64,000 nt of DNA, taken from positions 41,726,001 through 41,790,000 of the forward strand of contig JANJGN010000006.1 of the NCBI GenBank assembly GCA_026770705.1, written 5' to 3'. The translations under genes and the position numbers were made by a program. Below the pieces are notes generated by a model that was not told the DNA's origin, ran no database searches, and was given only the letters and a program-made list of their open reading frames with translations. This document shows, piece by piece, positions 1 to 12,209 of the stretch. This DNA is from Isurus oxyrinchus (taxonomy: Eukaryota). Every line of letters begins with the position of its first letter. The first letter of the stretch is position 1.

Positions 1-399
1 GGTCCGTGCAGAGAGCGGGGTTTGAAATGTCCTCTGTTGGAGAAGCTTCTCCAATCCTCTCCCCCTCTGGGGCGTTGCTGCTCCCGGCTACCCGGAGCTG
101 GGGTGCGCTGAGCGCCTCTCTGTTCCCAGATTCCTGGGGTTGTGGTGCACTGGCCTTTTTGGGTTGTAGGCCAAGTTGGGGTGCGCTGGTCTTCTCATTG
201 TCACCAATGTTCTGGAGCTTGGATGACTCGTCCTCCAACTCCCTAGCGTTTTGCCACTTCTTCTGTTGGCGCCGCCCTGGCCCTTCTTCGTCCGAAGAGC
301 TGCTGCTCTTGTTATCCGTGTCGGTTAGGGGACGCCTCTTGACTCTCGTCTGGGAAGTGGCTTGGTTTCTTATTAGCCCCTTCTTCCTTTTGGCTCTCT

Positions 400-1383
400 T
401 CACCAGCTGCCACTCCCCCTGCTGCTTTCCCACTGCTGCCTCCTCCTCCTCTGTTCATTCGCTCTCCTGAGGAGTGGGAGGTTCAGGGGGCAGTGCTGTT
501 GATTGGCTGTCTGCTGCCTCAATTTTTTCCTCCACCTTGTCTCACTCTGTGTCCTCCTTTGTCCCGATGTTTTCCCTGGGGGCCTTGGTGGTTGGTGTGA
601 CACGAGGCATTTCTTCTGCTTCCCCCTCGTTGGCTTAGCTGCCTGTGCATAAGTACGGCAAGGTTTGGGGCAGGTCTTGTAGAGGTGACTTGCCTCGCCA
701 CACAGGTTGCAGCACTTAGCCAGTTTACAATCTTTTGTCTGGTGCCCTTCCTTTTTGCAGTTCTTGCAGAGGACAGCACTGCAATTGGCCGCCACATGAC
801 CAGACTTGCCGCATGAGCGACAAAGTTTGGGTTGCCCAGCGTAGACAAGGTAACCACGGCTTCCCCCGATAGCGAATCTGGAAGGGGGGTGGAAAACGGA
901 TCCCTTACCGTCAGTCTTGAGCGTTACCTTAACCTGGCGTTTACATGTCCAGATCCCCAAATTATCTTTAACTTCAGTGCAGCTCCCAACCTTATCCAAG
1001 TACCTGGTAAGGAAGGTGAGCACATCAGCGACAGGGACGTAGGGGTTGTACAGATGCACCGTCGCAACCCGTTCACGATGCAACGGTAGAACAAAGAGCG
1101 GCTCTACCGTCAGGATCTTCATTTCTGGCAGGTCTTTCTTTTCCTCAAACACCTTCAGGAGTTTGGCACAAGCTACCACTTGCTTGAAGGTCACATCAAA
1201 GAAACCAGCGCTGGGGAAATCCTGTAGGCAGTAGATATCCGCAGCCTCAAAACCACACAGCTTGAATAAGATCCTCTTCGTGAAGAAGGTCCTATCCATT
1301 CCTGTTCCTTGCTCGCTACCCTTCACCATGACTCGGATGGTGTTAGGTACCCCATGGTAAGGGGTTTGCCTGGTTACAGCCAT
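400..1383 (-). pseudogene. Tx1 ORF1 (gag-like, RNA-binding, 3x CCHC zinc knuckle), frameshifted near 636
   Basis: ATG at 1383 (MAVTRQ...). Motifs CRSCGKSGHVAANC, CKNCKKEGHQTKDC, CNLCGEASHLYKTC. Versus copy 2 (GCCAAAGCC) this copy has GCTAAGCC, a 1-nt loss that shifts the frame. Confidence 0.8.
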
Positions 1384-1437
1384 TGCTCTTTCCCTGGCAG
1401 AAACACAATGAAGGTCTCTCCCCTGCCAGGTAAGTAT
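1384..1437 (-). ncRNA. U1 snRNA-derived 5' head of the Tx1 element (fragment, not a U1 gene)
   Basis: Minus strand reads ATACTTACCTGGCAGGGGAGAGACCTTCATTGTGTTTCTGCCAGGGAAAGAGCA-ATG. Vertebrate U1 begins ATACTTACCTGGCAGGGGAGATACCATGATCACGAAGGTGGTTTTCCCAGGGCGAGGC: 24/25 at the start, then 12/15 over GTGGTTTTCCCAGGG. Confidence 0.85.
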
Positions 1438-1867
1438 AAATGTGCACAAGGGCATTTGTAATGAAAATATAAAAACAATATTTTAAAATGAGTATTGAGT
1501 TATGTGGGTATACTCTTGTTCAATATTGTCCACCCTTTAACCTTGCTTCACCAAAAGATATGCTGGTATTTGGCTTTAACTCCCAGTGTGCAATACATGG
1601 GAGATCAGTTATTTTGCCATTGAGTGCAAGCACGCTTTAAAGACTTAGTTGGAATTTATCCATTAATATGCTTCCTATTAACATGATTTGCAGCAACAAA
1701 CATGGTAATATTCACGGAAAGATGTACAATGTACAATGGAGCTTTTAATTTTGGGCACGGTGAGACAACAGGAGCTCCACACCAATCTATTCGCTCCATA
1801 AAGTGATCGTTGCTCTCTACAGGGCTCCTGTCTGGGAGCCTCACTGGTTGATAGTAGGTATCCAACG

Positions 1868-3093
1868 TTACAGTTCAGTGTGTACAATTTATTGTCTATA
1901 ATTGGGTAACTGTGTGCTGTGCAGTGCAGGAAATCAAGGGAGCCGAGACCCAGACTGGCTCAAGGTTAAAAGCAGGGGTTTGGATCCTGCTCCACCCCAA
2001 TTTTGTTGGACCCCCACTGAAGCTTTACATTGCTAGAGTGTATAGTGGAATAATTGTGGCTACACACTGTGGTACACAAATTATTTTCAGAATATGTGTA
2101 TTAGTGATTCATGAATTCCAAAAGAATTAAACTTAAACACACAGAGTTTTGCTCATTTTATGGCCAGTGATATAGAATACAGAAGTTATACGCTAATGAG
2201 TTTATGTAAGGTTTTAATAAAATCACAGTTAGAATACTATGTGCAGCTTTAGGTTTTTCATTATAGGAACAATGTTGAGGCAAAGGGCAGTACAGCACAA
2301 ATTCATTGGAAGTTTCCTGTTGTGAAGAAATAAAAATATGAAACGTATGTAACAAATTGAGGCTGTTCTCAATGTAAATGATTTGTTTACCTAGACACAT
2401 GAGATAGAGTAGATGGAAACAGAGCCTGGTAATTAAAGATCTAAAGCATGAGGATGTACTTATAAAATATTGACACGCTGCTCTCCGCCAGCATTGAAGA
2501 TGAGGATGTTCATGGAGTCATCTTCTCCTGTTTGTTGTTTAATTGTCAACCACCAATTATGCCGGGACATAACAGTTTTGAACTGATTCATTGGTCGTGT
2601 GATCACTTAGGTTTTTCTATACTAGGAGGAGTCAATCAAAGATGGGCCTGCAACACTAGTACTTCAAACAATGCTACCCTGCGAGAGTCGGATCACTGAA
2701 TTTAGCCAATATCCTCTTTTGTTTAGCCCCAGTCACAGTAAGGGAGTGATGGTATGGGTAAATTTCCACTGTACACTTGGATGAATTTCCCCTCTATCTC
2801 AATTGTTCTATATTACTGGCTTAAAATGAGCAAAAAATCTCTGTGTTTTAGTTTAAATTTTTTGGAACTCATGAGTCGCTCATACAGGTATTCTGAGGAT
2901 AACTTGTGTGTTAACATGGTGTGCAGTTACAATTATTTTACTATGCACCCTAGCAATGTAAAGGCCTGACATAACAGGATCCACACCCTCCGTTTTACTC
3001 TGGAGCCAGCCTGGGTCTCGGCTTTTGATTTCCTGCACTGCACAGCACACAGCTGCCCAATTGTGAACAATAAATTGACAGTGAATTTCTGTA
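1868..3093. repeat. Long inverted repeat, arms ~1868-2180 and ~2805-3093
   Basis: GCTGTGCAGTGCAGGAAATCAA (~1916) vs TTGATTTCCTGCACTGCACAGC (~3025); CTTTACATTGCTAG vs CTAGCAATGTAAAG; TTTTGCTCATTTTA vs TAAAATGAGCAAAA. Confidence 0.8.
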
Positions 3094-3204
3094 AATTTCC
3101 CCTGCCCATTGTTGCCCAGACCCTATTTATTTGTGGTGAAAGAGGAGGCCGCATGGTATTATTCTGCTAGTGGGACTGCTTGTGCTGTATTAATGGTAAG
3201 CTGA

Positions 3205-3327
<123 letters not shown>

Positions 3328-3436
3328 TAGCCACTGTGAAATCCACAAGGAAGTACTAATCATTACCATGTTCAGACTTCACTGAAAGTCACTTAATTTA
3401 TCTTTCCATAAATCATAAAATAAAGTTTATAGCAAG

Positions 3437-4219
3437 AAGTTACAGACTAAGAGTAGGCAAAATTGTGACAGATGGATATTCAATGTAGGCAAGTGCGAGG
3501 TTATCCGTTTTGAATCCATGAAAGACAAATGGGAATGTTTCCTTAATCGTAAGAGGCTAACAGCCATAGAAGAACAAAGCCTAGAGCACAAATCATTAGA
3601 AGTTAGTGCATAGGTAGAAGAACTAACCAAAAGGTGAGTGGCATGTTGGCTTTTACCTCAAGTGCGGATTCAGAGATATCAGATACCAGTAATATAGAAC
3701 AAATGAGATACACGCTGAAAGGGTTAAACCGAGGGCTGGTTGCTTAAATAAAAACAAAAAGTGCTGGAAAAACTCAGCAGGTCAGGCAGCATCTGCTGAC
3801 AGAAGCAGAATTAACATTTCAGGCCAAGTGACTTTTCATCTGATGATAGGTCACTCGAGCTGAAACATTAACCCTGTTACTTTCCACAGATGCTACCTGA
3901 CCTGCTGAGTTTTTCCAGCACTTTTTGTTTTTATTTAATCAACCAGCCCGCCCTCAGTTTAACCCTTTCAGCCCTGATATCTCTGAATCTGTACTTTACG
4001 TAAAGACCAACATGCCACTCACCTTTTGGTTAGTTCTTCTACCTATTCACTAACTTCTAATGATTTGTGCACGAGGCTTTGTTCTTCCACGGCTGCTAGT
4101 CTCTCGCGATTAAGGAAACATTCCCATTTGTCTTTCACAGATTCACAATGGACAACCTCGCACTTGCTCACATTGAATATTCATCTGCCACAATTTTGCC
4201 TACTCTTAGTCTGTAACTT
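3437..4219. repeat. ~780-bp near-palindrome: inverted CR1-derived arms around a palindromic Penelope-derived core (~3746-3936)
   Basis: Mirror ORFs 3427..3630(-) and 4026..4250(+) are near-identical. Ends AAGTTACAGACTAAGAGTAGGCAAAATTG / CAATTTTGCCTACTCTTAGTCTGTAACTT. Confidence 0.88.
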
Positions 4220-4689
4220 ACTTACAATGTCTTCTAAGAGTCCTCTATGAACTTGGATATACAATATATTCTTCTATATTCTTTCATCCAGGTTATTATT
4301 ATACACGGTGAAAAGCTAAGGCAGAACAAATGATACATGGGGAACACCGCTTGTCATATCTCTCCAATCTGTCTTCAATTTGTAAATATGACCCTTTTGC
4401 TTAAATTTTAAACTTGACAGAAGAGTTATTACTGGGATATGACCAAAACATTCTGAATATCAAAGACTTCTATCATCTTCCCTCTCTGTCTTCTCAGCAA
4501 AGATAAGTCTCAGGGTATTTTATCTTTACTCCCATGAGTTTGAGGAAGAGATAGTTGCCAGTTCTAAATAGATTACCTTTGACTTCCGGACTTCAGAAAA
4601 TCTGGGTAACTAATCGTCTGATCTTAACAGGCCTCACAGTAACCATGTTCTGTTGTGAATCTGCTATATTCTGAGTGGAAATCCAACAA

Positions 4690-5055
4690 AGCCTCAATTT
4701 TAAATTCCTTATCCTCACATTCCAATCCCTCCATGGCCTCACCTTGCTATCTCTGTAATCTCCGACAACTCTCCAGAATCTGCATTCCTCCAATTCTGGC
4801 CTCCTAGACATCTCCAAGTTTAATTGCTCCATGTTTTGCAGCCATGCCTGAAGTTTTGGGATTCCGCCCCTTAAGCTCTCCGCCTGCCCTTCTCCCCCTT
4901 TAAGATGACCCTTGAACTTTAAGATGACTCTTTGAGCAAGTCTTTGGTCACCTATCCTAATATCTCCTTATGTGGTTTGGTATCAAATATTGATTGATAA
5001 TGCTCTTGTGAAGCACCTTAGGGTATTAAAGACACTATATAAGTACAAGTTGTTT
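4690..5055 (+). mobile_element. L2-like LINE 3' fragment (related fragments ~6700-7000, ~7770-7950, ~9410-9750, ~27357-27800, ~39530-39900)
   Basis: Recurring tail CTTGTGAAGCACCTT...CTATATAA(G/A)T(A/G)CAAGT found on both strands in several copies. Confidence 0.6.
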
Positions 5056-5084
5056 CTGTTTTTGAAAGTTGATTGATGCGTTAA

Positions 5085-5351
<267 letters not shown>

Positions 5352-6294
5352 TAAAACAAACTCAACAGAATGAATGTCCAAGTGCAAACATGATTCCTTT
5401 CTGAGCTGTCCTTCCTCCAGTCAGTGGCTTATGCTGGACTCAGTCCCATAGGTGTCAACACCTCTACAGTATCTCGCTCATTTAGCATGGCAGTTGATTA
5501 TTTTACTGTAGTGCATGTCCGCCAAAGCAATCCTACCCTGGACCGAAACTGACTTACCAGTGGAAGTCGGTACATAGCTACCAGGAGCTGGAGCCCTGGC
5601 TGATTTTGTTTAATGCTGCATCCTGATAGTAGAATGAACTGTCTGTTTGTGTTAACTTATAGCAGGAATCGCCTGTTTAATTAACTGCAACAGCTTTATT
5701 GAGCCTAAAACATACTCGAATATTCACTGTATTGGCTGCTTAACTCATGCAGTGCTAGCTTTGCTCTTTCATTGTGAAGTTAATCCCTTCAACAATCAGA
5801 TCCTTTGCTTTGGCAGTCTATCTCCCAATAGAAGGTAGCAGTGACTGAGTAATTCATTGTTGAAAGTGTACACAGTGGATTGCCTCGACAGCTGTTTATT
5901 AATAAGCTTGCATCAGTTGTATCCAGATCCATCTTGTTGCAGTTTCTGTATTCCTCATTATAAGATCATTTCAGTAATCTTGTAGTCCCAGTAAAGTGGG
6001 GAGTGTGGGTTAGTGAATTGAAGCTACAATGTTGTAGCCCTATCTCTGTGCTGTGCTCCCTTTGAATGGAGCTGCTCAGTGGGATTATACTTGCATGTCG
6101 CCCTGAGAGATAAGATGCCCCATCACAATCCACCCACCTTCATATCTTTTTCCCAATCCTGTATTTCTATAACTAGGGTTAACTTGGAAGAATCATTTCC
6201 CACTTCTGTCTGTTTTATCCAAGAACAGCCACATCAAGTAAAATTGAGCAAATAGATTTATGACCTCAAGAACACTATTCCCCCTTTAACTTAA

Positions 6295-6573
<279 letters not shown>

Positions 6574-8018
6574 TGAGCCCTGCCTCAGTTCTTTTGAGTT
6601 TTAAATTGTTTTGTTAGCACTCTCCTTCAGATCTGGTTGTCCATTTACTGCGAATTTTAGCCTCAAGCCAGCCCAGAATCCCTGCTAACAAGTTCTTACA
6701 ATACAAGTCCATGGCCATGCCTCTCCCTATCTCCGTAACTGCCCCTCTAAAACACTCAGATCTCTGTGCTCCTCCATTTCTGGCCTCTTGCACATCCCTG
6801 ATTTTCATTGTTCCACCATGGGCGACTGTGCCTTCAGTTGCCGAGGCCCTAATTCTGGAATTCCTATTCTCTGCCTTTCTATACCCCTCCTTTAAGATGC
6901 TCAATAAAACCTACCTCTTTTGCTCTTTATCTGAGAAATGTTGTCTGAAGCACCATGGAATCTTTTACTACATTAAAGGTGCTATATTAATGCAAGTCTG
7001 TTTTTAAACCTAGGTTGTACTAGGGTATTTTTGGTATCTTTCCACATGTTTGTAACATAGAGGCGACAGTGTACCTTTATCCTGTTTGTGCCAGGCTCAG
7101 TTACTGCACAATAGCAAGTGGCCAAGTAGTGCTTTTATTATAGCTCTGTGAACTTTGTTTCATTTATTTTGGTGTAAATGAAACTTTGTCAATCAAAACT
7201 GCTTTTGGCTTTGTCATATAACCTGTTCATCAGTCTATCGCTTGGCAACTTGTATATTGTGAAGGAGTTTTCCAGAACTTGTTCAGGTGTGTTACTGGCA
7301 GCAAATCGACTGGTTTCTGCATCTCAAGCTCATAAACTTGTGGCCAATCATGTGCGACTTCCAAAATATGTGGTGGATGTGATTTAACTGTGATAAGATT
7401 CTGTTTATTGAGTCAAAGAGAACACTAGTTTGACTGCTCCCAAGCGATGTTTGAACTGAGAATGAAGGGACTTGGGGCCTCTGATGTTGCCCATGAGTGC
7501 ATTTTTTCTCTGGAACAGAGAGCTGATGGATACAATAGGCCAGATTTTATTCACGTGTAAGTTGTCCAGCATCTAGTGACAAGGAAGAGATGCTCCGTGA
7601 ATTGTGAACCACCACAAACTGCTGGACATGTTGTGCTGCTCCATCATGCTAACCTTGTGAAGATAGCATCTCACCCTCAACCTCCCTATTAGTTTAATGA
7701 AATTCCAACATTTGCGCATTAATTGCCCATTAAACTTGCCAAAAGTGGCTATTCTTTCAGCTGTCTAGTTCTAAACTCTGGAATTTCCTCCATAACTTTC
7801 TCCACCACTCCTGCTTTAAGACACTCCATAAAACCTTCTTCTTTGATCAAGCTTTTGATCAGACCTTATATCTCTGTCTCTAGCTCGGTATCAAATTTGG
7901 TTTCATTACACTCTTTGTGCAGTGCCTTGGGATGTTTTCCTACATTGAAGGCGCTGTGTGATTATGCATTGTTCTTATATGTGTTGCATGTTTTGGCTGA
8001 CAGTGTACTTTGTTACAG

Positions 8019-8267
8019 GAGGTGCCTTCTATACTCCGGAAACAATCGACACTGCCCGGTTGCACTACCGCACTTCCTGGGCCCCAATCTTGCATGCAGT
8101 GGCGCTTTGGTTGAACAACACAGGATTCACTATTGCGTGTGAGACAACGAGTCTGCCAGTTCACAGTGGGCCCAAGAACCAAGCAGGTACCTTTCCAGGT
8201 CAGGCATCTGGAACTTCAAGCAAAACTTTGCAAGAGATCAACACAGACCGACTCCAACTTATTTTTG
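8019..8267 (+). CDS. HEATR5B: HEATR5B internal exon
   Basis: cag|GAGGT...TTTG|gtaag; [32 protein letters not shown]...; phase 1/1 consistent. Confidence 0.93.
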
Positions 8268-8906
8268 GTAAGCCAGTGCATTTAGGGTGATGCACAATGT
8301 CAAATCAAAAGCCTTTGTGCATCTAGGCATGGAATCTTAGAATGGTACTACACAGGAGGTCATTCAGCCCACTATGTTTATGCCAGCTCTTTGATAGGGT
8401 ATTCAATTAATCCCACTCCCTCTGCACTTTGCCCATTGCCCTGAAAATTTTCCCCCTTCCATTGTATATCCAGCTCTCCTTTGAAAGTTACTACAGAATT
8501 GAATGCGCTTTCATCACCCTTTCAGACATTGCTCTCCAGATCATAACGACTTGGTACTTAAAATAATTCCTCCTCATGTCCCCACCCTGGTTCTTTGGCC
8601 AATTAGCTTGAAACTATGTTTTTTGATTATGCAACATTTTGCCAGTAGAAAAAAGTTTCTCCTTATTTACTCTGTCAAATGACTTCATTTTGAACACCTC
8701 TATTACATTTCCTCATAACATTCTCTGCTCGAGGGGGAACAATCTCAGCTTCTCATGTCGCCTTATATAAGTGAAGTTCCTCCTTCCTGGTACCATTCCG
8801 GTAAATTCTCTGCACCCTTCCCAAGAACGCAATTTAAAATTTTTATTTGTTTGTACACTTAAGGAAACTGAGCCTAAGCGAAAGGATTTGGGTCTTGTGT
8901 TTACAG

Positions 8907-9034
8907 GTATCAGTATCGAGTTCCTGTGCTCTCCTCGGCCTGAGAATCCCCTGGAACACGTAACATCTTGCCTGAAGGCTCTTCATACTTTGCTAGACTC
9001 CCGTTGTGCTAGAGCGTACATTGGAGAAGATCAG
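8907..9034 (+). CDS. HEATR5B: HEATR5B internal exon
   Basis: cag|GTATC...CAG|gtaag; [13 protein letters not shown]...IGEDQ. Confidence 0.92.
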
Positions 9035-10359
9035 GTAAGGTGCTAATGCGGAACTTACTGTCAATTCATTAAGTTGCCGTTTGTGCTATAGAGGACAGCC
9101 AATTTTGTACTGAATGATGGTACAGGTTTGAGTTGCCAACCTGTGCTCACAGGGATCTAGATTGAGACCAACAAGTTCATTATACACACAACCCTTGCAG
9201 CTGGTGGGAAAATAATTTTGTCTTATTGGTATGGTCTACATTCCAACACAGATCCTGTAGGTGAAAGAGCTAGGTGTCACCCAGCTAAGCATCCATAACC
9301 AGTGTGCTCAAAAGAGATAACACATTGCATGACTTTATAGAATACATTGTTAATTTGACCATCTGTTTCCCTGTGGTATGTACCCCTCGAAGCAGTATGG
9401 GTCATCCTACAACAACAACTCTGCATTTTTACACCCCCTTTAAGGTAGTAAAACACCCAAAGATACCTCACAAGAGCATTACCAAACTAAATTTGATATC
9501 GAACCAAAGGAGGAAGAAATATCGCTGTTGACTGACTAAAAACTTTGTCAAAGAGATTTTAAGAGGGATTCAAAAGGAGGAAGAAACAGCACTGCAGAAG
9601 TGGAGAGGTTTAGGGAGGGGATTACAGAGCTTCGGGCCTGGACAGCTGTAGGTACAAACACCAATGGTGGATGAAGAAAGTGGGGGATGTACAAGAGGCT
9701 TGAGTTGAAGGAACATGAGAGTTCTTGCAGGGTTGTAGACTGGAGTAGATTACGGAAAAAGAACTCCAACACTAGATGGACTGCAGAGGTTCAAGAAGGC
9801 AGCTCACCACCACCACCTGAAGGGCAATTAGGGATGGACAGTAAATGCTGGCCTAGCCCTCAAAGCCCACGTCGCATGAATGAATAATTTTTAAAAATCC
9901 AAAATCAGCAGCATATTCATGTTAATAGACCTATGATTCATGTTACTCATTAGCTTTTGTTAAGGGGCAGAAAAGCACAAAACCTAAAAGGGATCAACCA
10001 GCAGAATCCATTTACTAATAGAATATCTAATTTCTCACCTGTACTTCAGAGCATTCCAAAACTATAAAAGTCAAGATCCCTTTGAGTTTTCTTCAATACC
10101 TTTGTTATCCAGCCATGACAAGATGCTTTAGGTGAGAAAGGAACTTCAGAGTGCCCTGTGTTAGTCCTTGCAGCGAGATTTAGAATGAACCAGCAATAAC
10201 TCTGATCCAAATTCAGTTTCTCGGTATCCTTTGTAGTTGGTCAAATTCGACCTATGTGAAACATATTTTGCAGTGAAGAACTAATCAATTATCATGTTTT
10301 CACAGATAGCTGTAGTTGATAAAAATGTGCTAGGACTGCAGCTCCATTTTCTTCAATCT

Positions 10360-12198
10360 TACGAACATACGAACAAGGAGCAGGAGTAGGCCATTTGGCC
10401 CTCCGAGCCTGTCCCACCACTTAATAAGATCATGGCTGATCTGACAGCAACCTCAAATCTGCATCCCACCTGCTCCCGATAGCCTGTCACCCCTTGCTTA
10501 CGAAGAATCTATCCACCTCTGCCTTAAAAATATTCAAACGCTTCAACCACCTTTTCAGAGAGTTCCATAAACTCATGACCCATTGAGTGAAAAAAATTCC
10601 CCTCATCTCCATTTTAAATGGGAGACCCCTTATTTTTAAACAGTGACTCCTAGTTCCAGATTCTCCCTCAAGAGGAAATATCCACTCCACATCCACCCTC
10701 TCAAGAACCCTCAGGATCTTATATGTTTCAATCAAGTCGCCTCTTATTCTTCTAAACTCCAGTGGATACAAGTCTAGCCTGTCCAAACTATCCTCATAAG
10801 ATAATCCACCCATCCCAGGTATTAGTCTGAACTGCTTCCAACTCATTTACATCCTCCCTTAGATAAGGTGACCAATAGTGTACACAGTACTCCAGATATG
10901 GTCTCACTAGTGCACTGTATAACTGAAGCATAACCACTCTGCTTTTGTATTCAATTCTCCTTGCAATAAATGATAACATTCTATCGGCTTCCCTAATTAC
11001 TTGCTGTGCCTGCATACTAACCTTTTGCGATTCATACACCAAGACACCCAGATTCCTCTACATCTCAGCGCTCTGCAATCTCTCGCCATTTAGATAATAT
11101 GCTTCTCTTTTACTCTTTGCATCAAAATGAACAATTTCACATTTTCCCACGTTATACTCCATTTGCCAGATCTTTGCCCACTCACTTAACCTATCCACTA
11201 TTAACTCCCCATTTTCACTCGAGAGGACCAACACTCAGTTTACTTACTCTTTTCCTTTTTAAATACCTGAAGAAGCTCTTGCTATCCATTTTTACATTTC
11301 TAGCTAGCTTCCTCTCATGCTCTAATTTCTTTCTCCTGGTTAACCGTTTAGTCATTCTCTGCCATCCTTTATATTCTGACAAATTGTCTGACCTGCCACT
11401 CATCTTTGCACAGTTATATGCTTTTTCCTGAAGTTTGATGCTTTCTTTAACTTCTTTAGTTAACGAAGGATGGTGGGCCTTCCCCTTAGAATATTTCTTT
11501 ATAGTAGGAATATACTTATTCTAAATATTCTGAATTACCCCCTTAAATGTCTCCCACTGCTCCTCTATTGTTCTATCCTCTAGCTTAGTATGCCAGTTCA
11601 CTTCAGCTAGCTCAGCTTTCATGCCCACAAAGTTGCCCTTATTTAAGTTTAAAATGCTAGTCTTAGACCCATTCTTCTCTTTTTCAAATTGCATGCAAAA
11701 TTCAATCATATTGTGGTCACTGCCACCTTGGGGTGCCTTTACTCTGAGGTCACTATTTACTCTAATTTATCCTATCACATTACACAATACCAAGTCTGTT
11801 TGGTTCCAGAACGTGTTGCTCTAAGAAACTATCTCAAACATTCTATGAACTCCTTATCCAGGCTACCATGGCCAATCTGATTTTTCCAGTTTATATGTAG
11901 ACTGAAATCACCCTTGATTATTGCCGTCCCTTTATCACAAGCACCCAATATTTCTTCATGTATACTTTTGTCCTACATTGTGGTTATTGTTAGGGGGCCT
12001 GTAGATCACTCCCACTAGTAACTTCTTTCCCCTGCTATTCCTTATCTCTACCCATACCGATTCTACATCCTGATCTCTTAAACCAATGTTATCTCTCACT
12101 GTTGCACCAGTGCCATCTTTGATTAACAGTGCTACCCCTCCACCTTTACCTAGCTTCCTATTCTTCTTGAATGTCATATACCCCTCAATATTCAGGAC
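10360..12198 (-). mobile_element. CR1 LINE, degenerate, internally deleted (endonuclease part joined to the RT C-terminus near 11200)
   Basis: Minus ORFs with GGGVALLIKD, GVIYRPPN, LYSALVRPYLEYCVHYWSP and RRIRGDLIETYKIL; short tandem tail at ~10361. Confidence 0.85.
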
Positions 12199-12209
12199 CC
12201 TTACAAAAG

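Larger units (their letters stand above)
1..1437 (-). mobile_element. Tx1-clade (L1 group) non-LTR retrotransposon, 5'-complete copy 1; continues past the window start
   Basis: ORF1 with three CCHC knuckles. 1-650 is nearly identical to 37213-37852 of copy 2, which carries APE endonuclease and RT. The 5' end coincides with a U1 snRNA-like sequence. Confidence 0.9.

Noticed and set aside
6-470. + strand ORFs over Tx1 (6..470, 34466..35023, 34561..35169, 35868..36281, 37181..37672)
   Set aside because: Antisense shadows of the Tx1 ORFs with no recognisable domains.
1384-1437. Functional U1 snRNA gene
   Set aside because: Only the first ~55 nt are present. There is no stem-loop II-IV, Sm site or 3' box, and the sequence runs directly into ORF1.
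1400-1437. Genuine HEATR5B exon ending at the CAG|GTAAGT donor
   Set aside because: Upstream sequence is antisense Tx1 and does not encode the HEATR5-like residues expected before VGAALRP.
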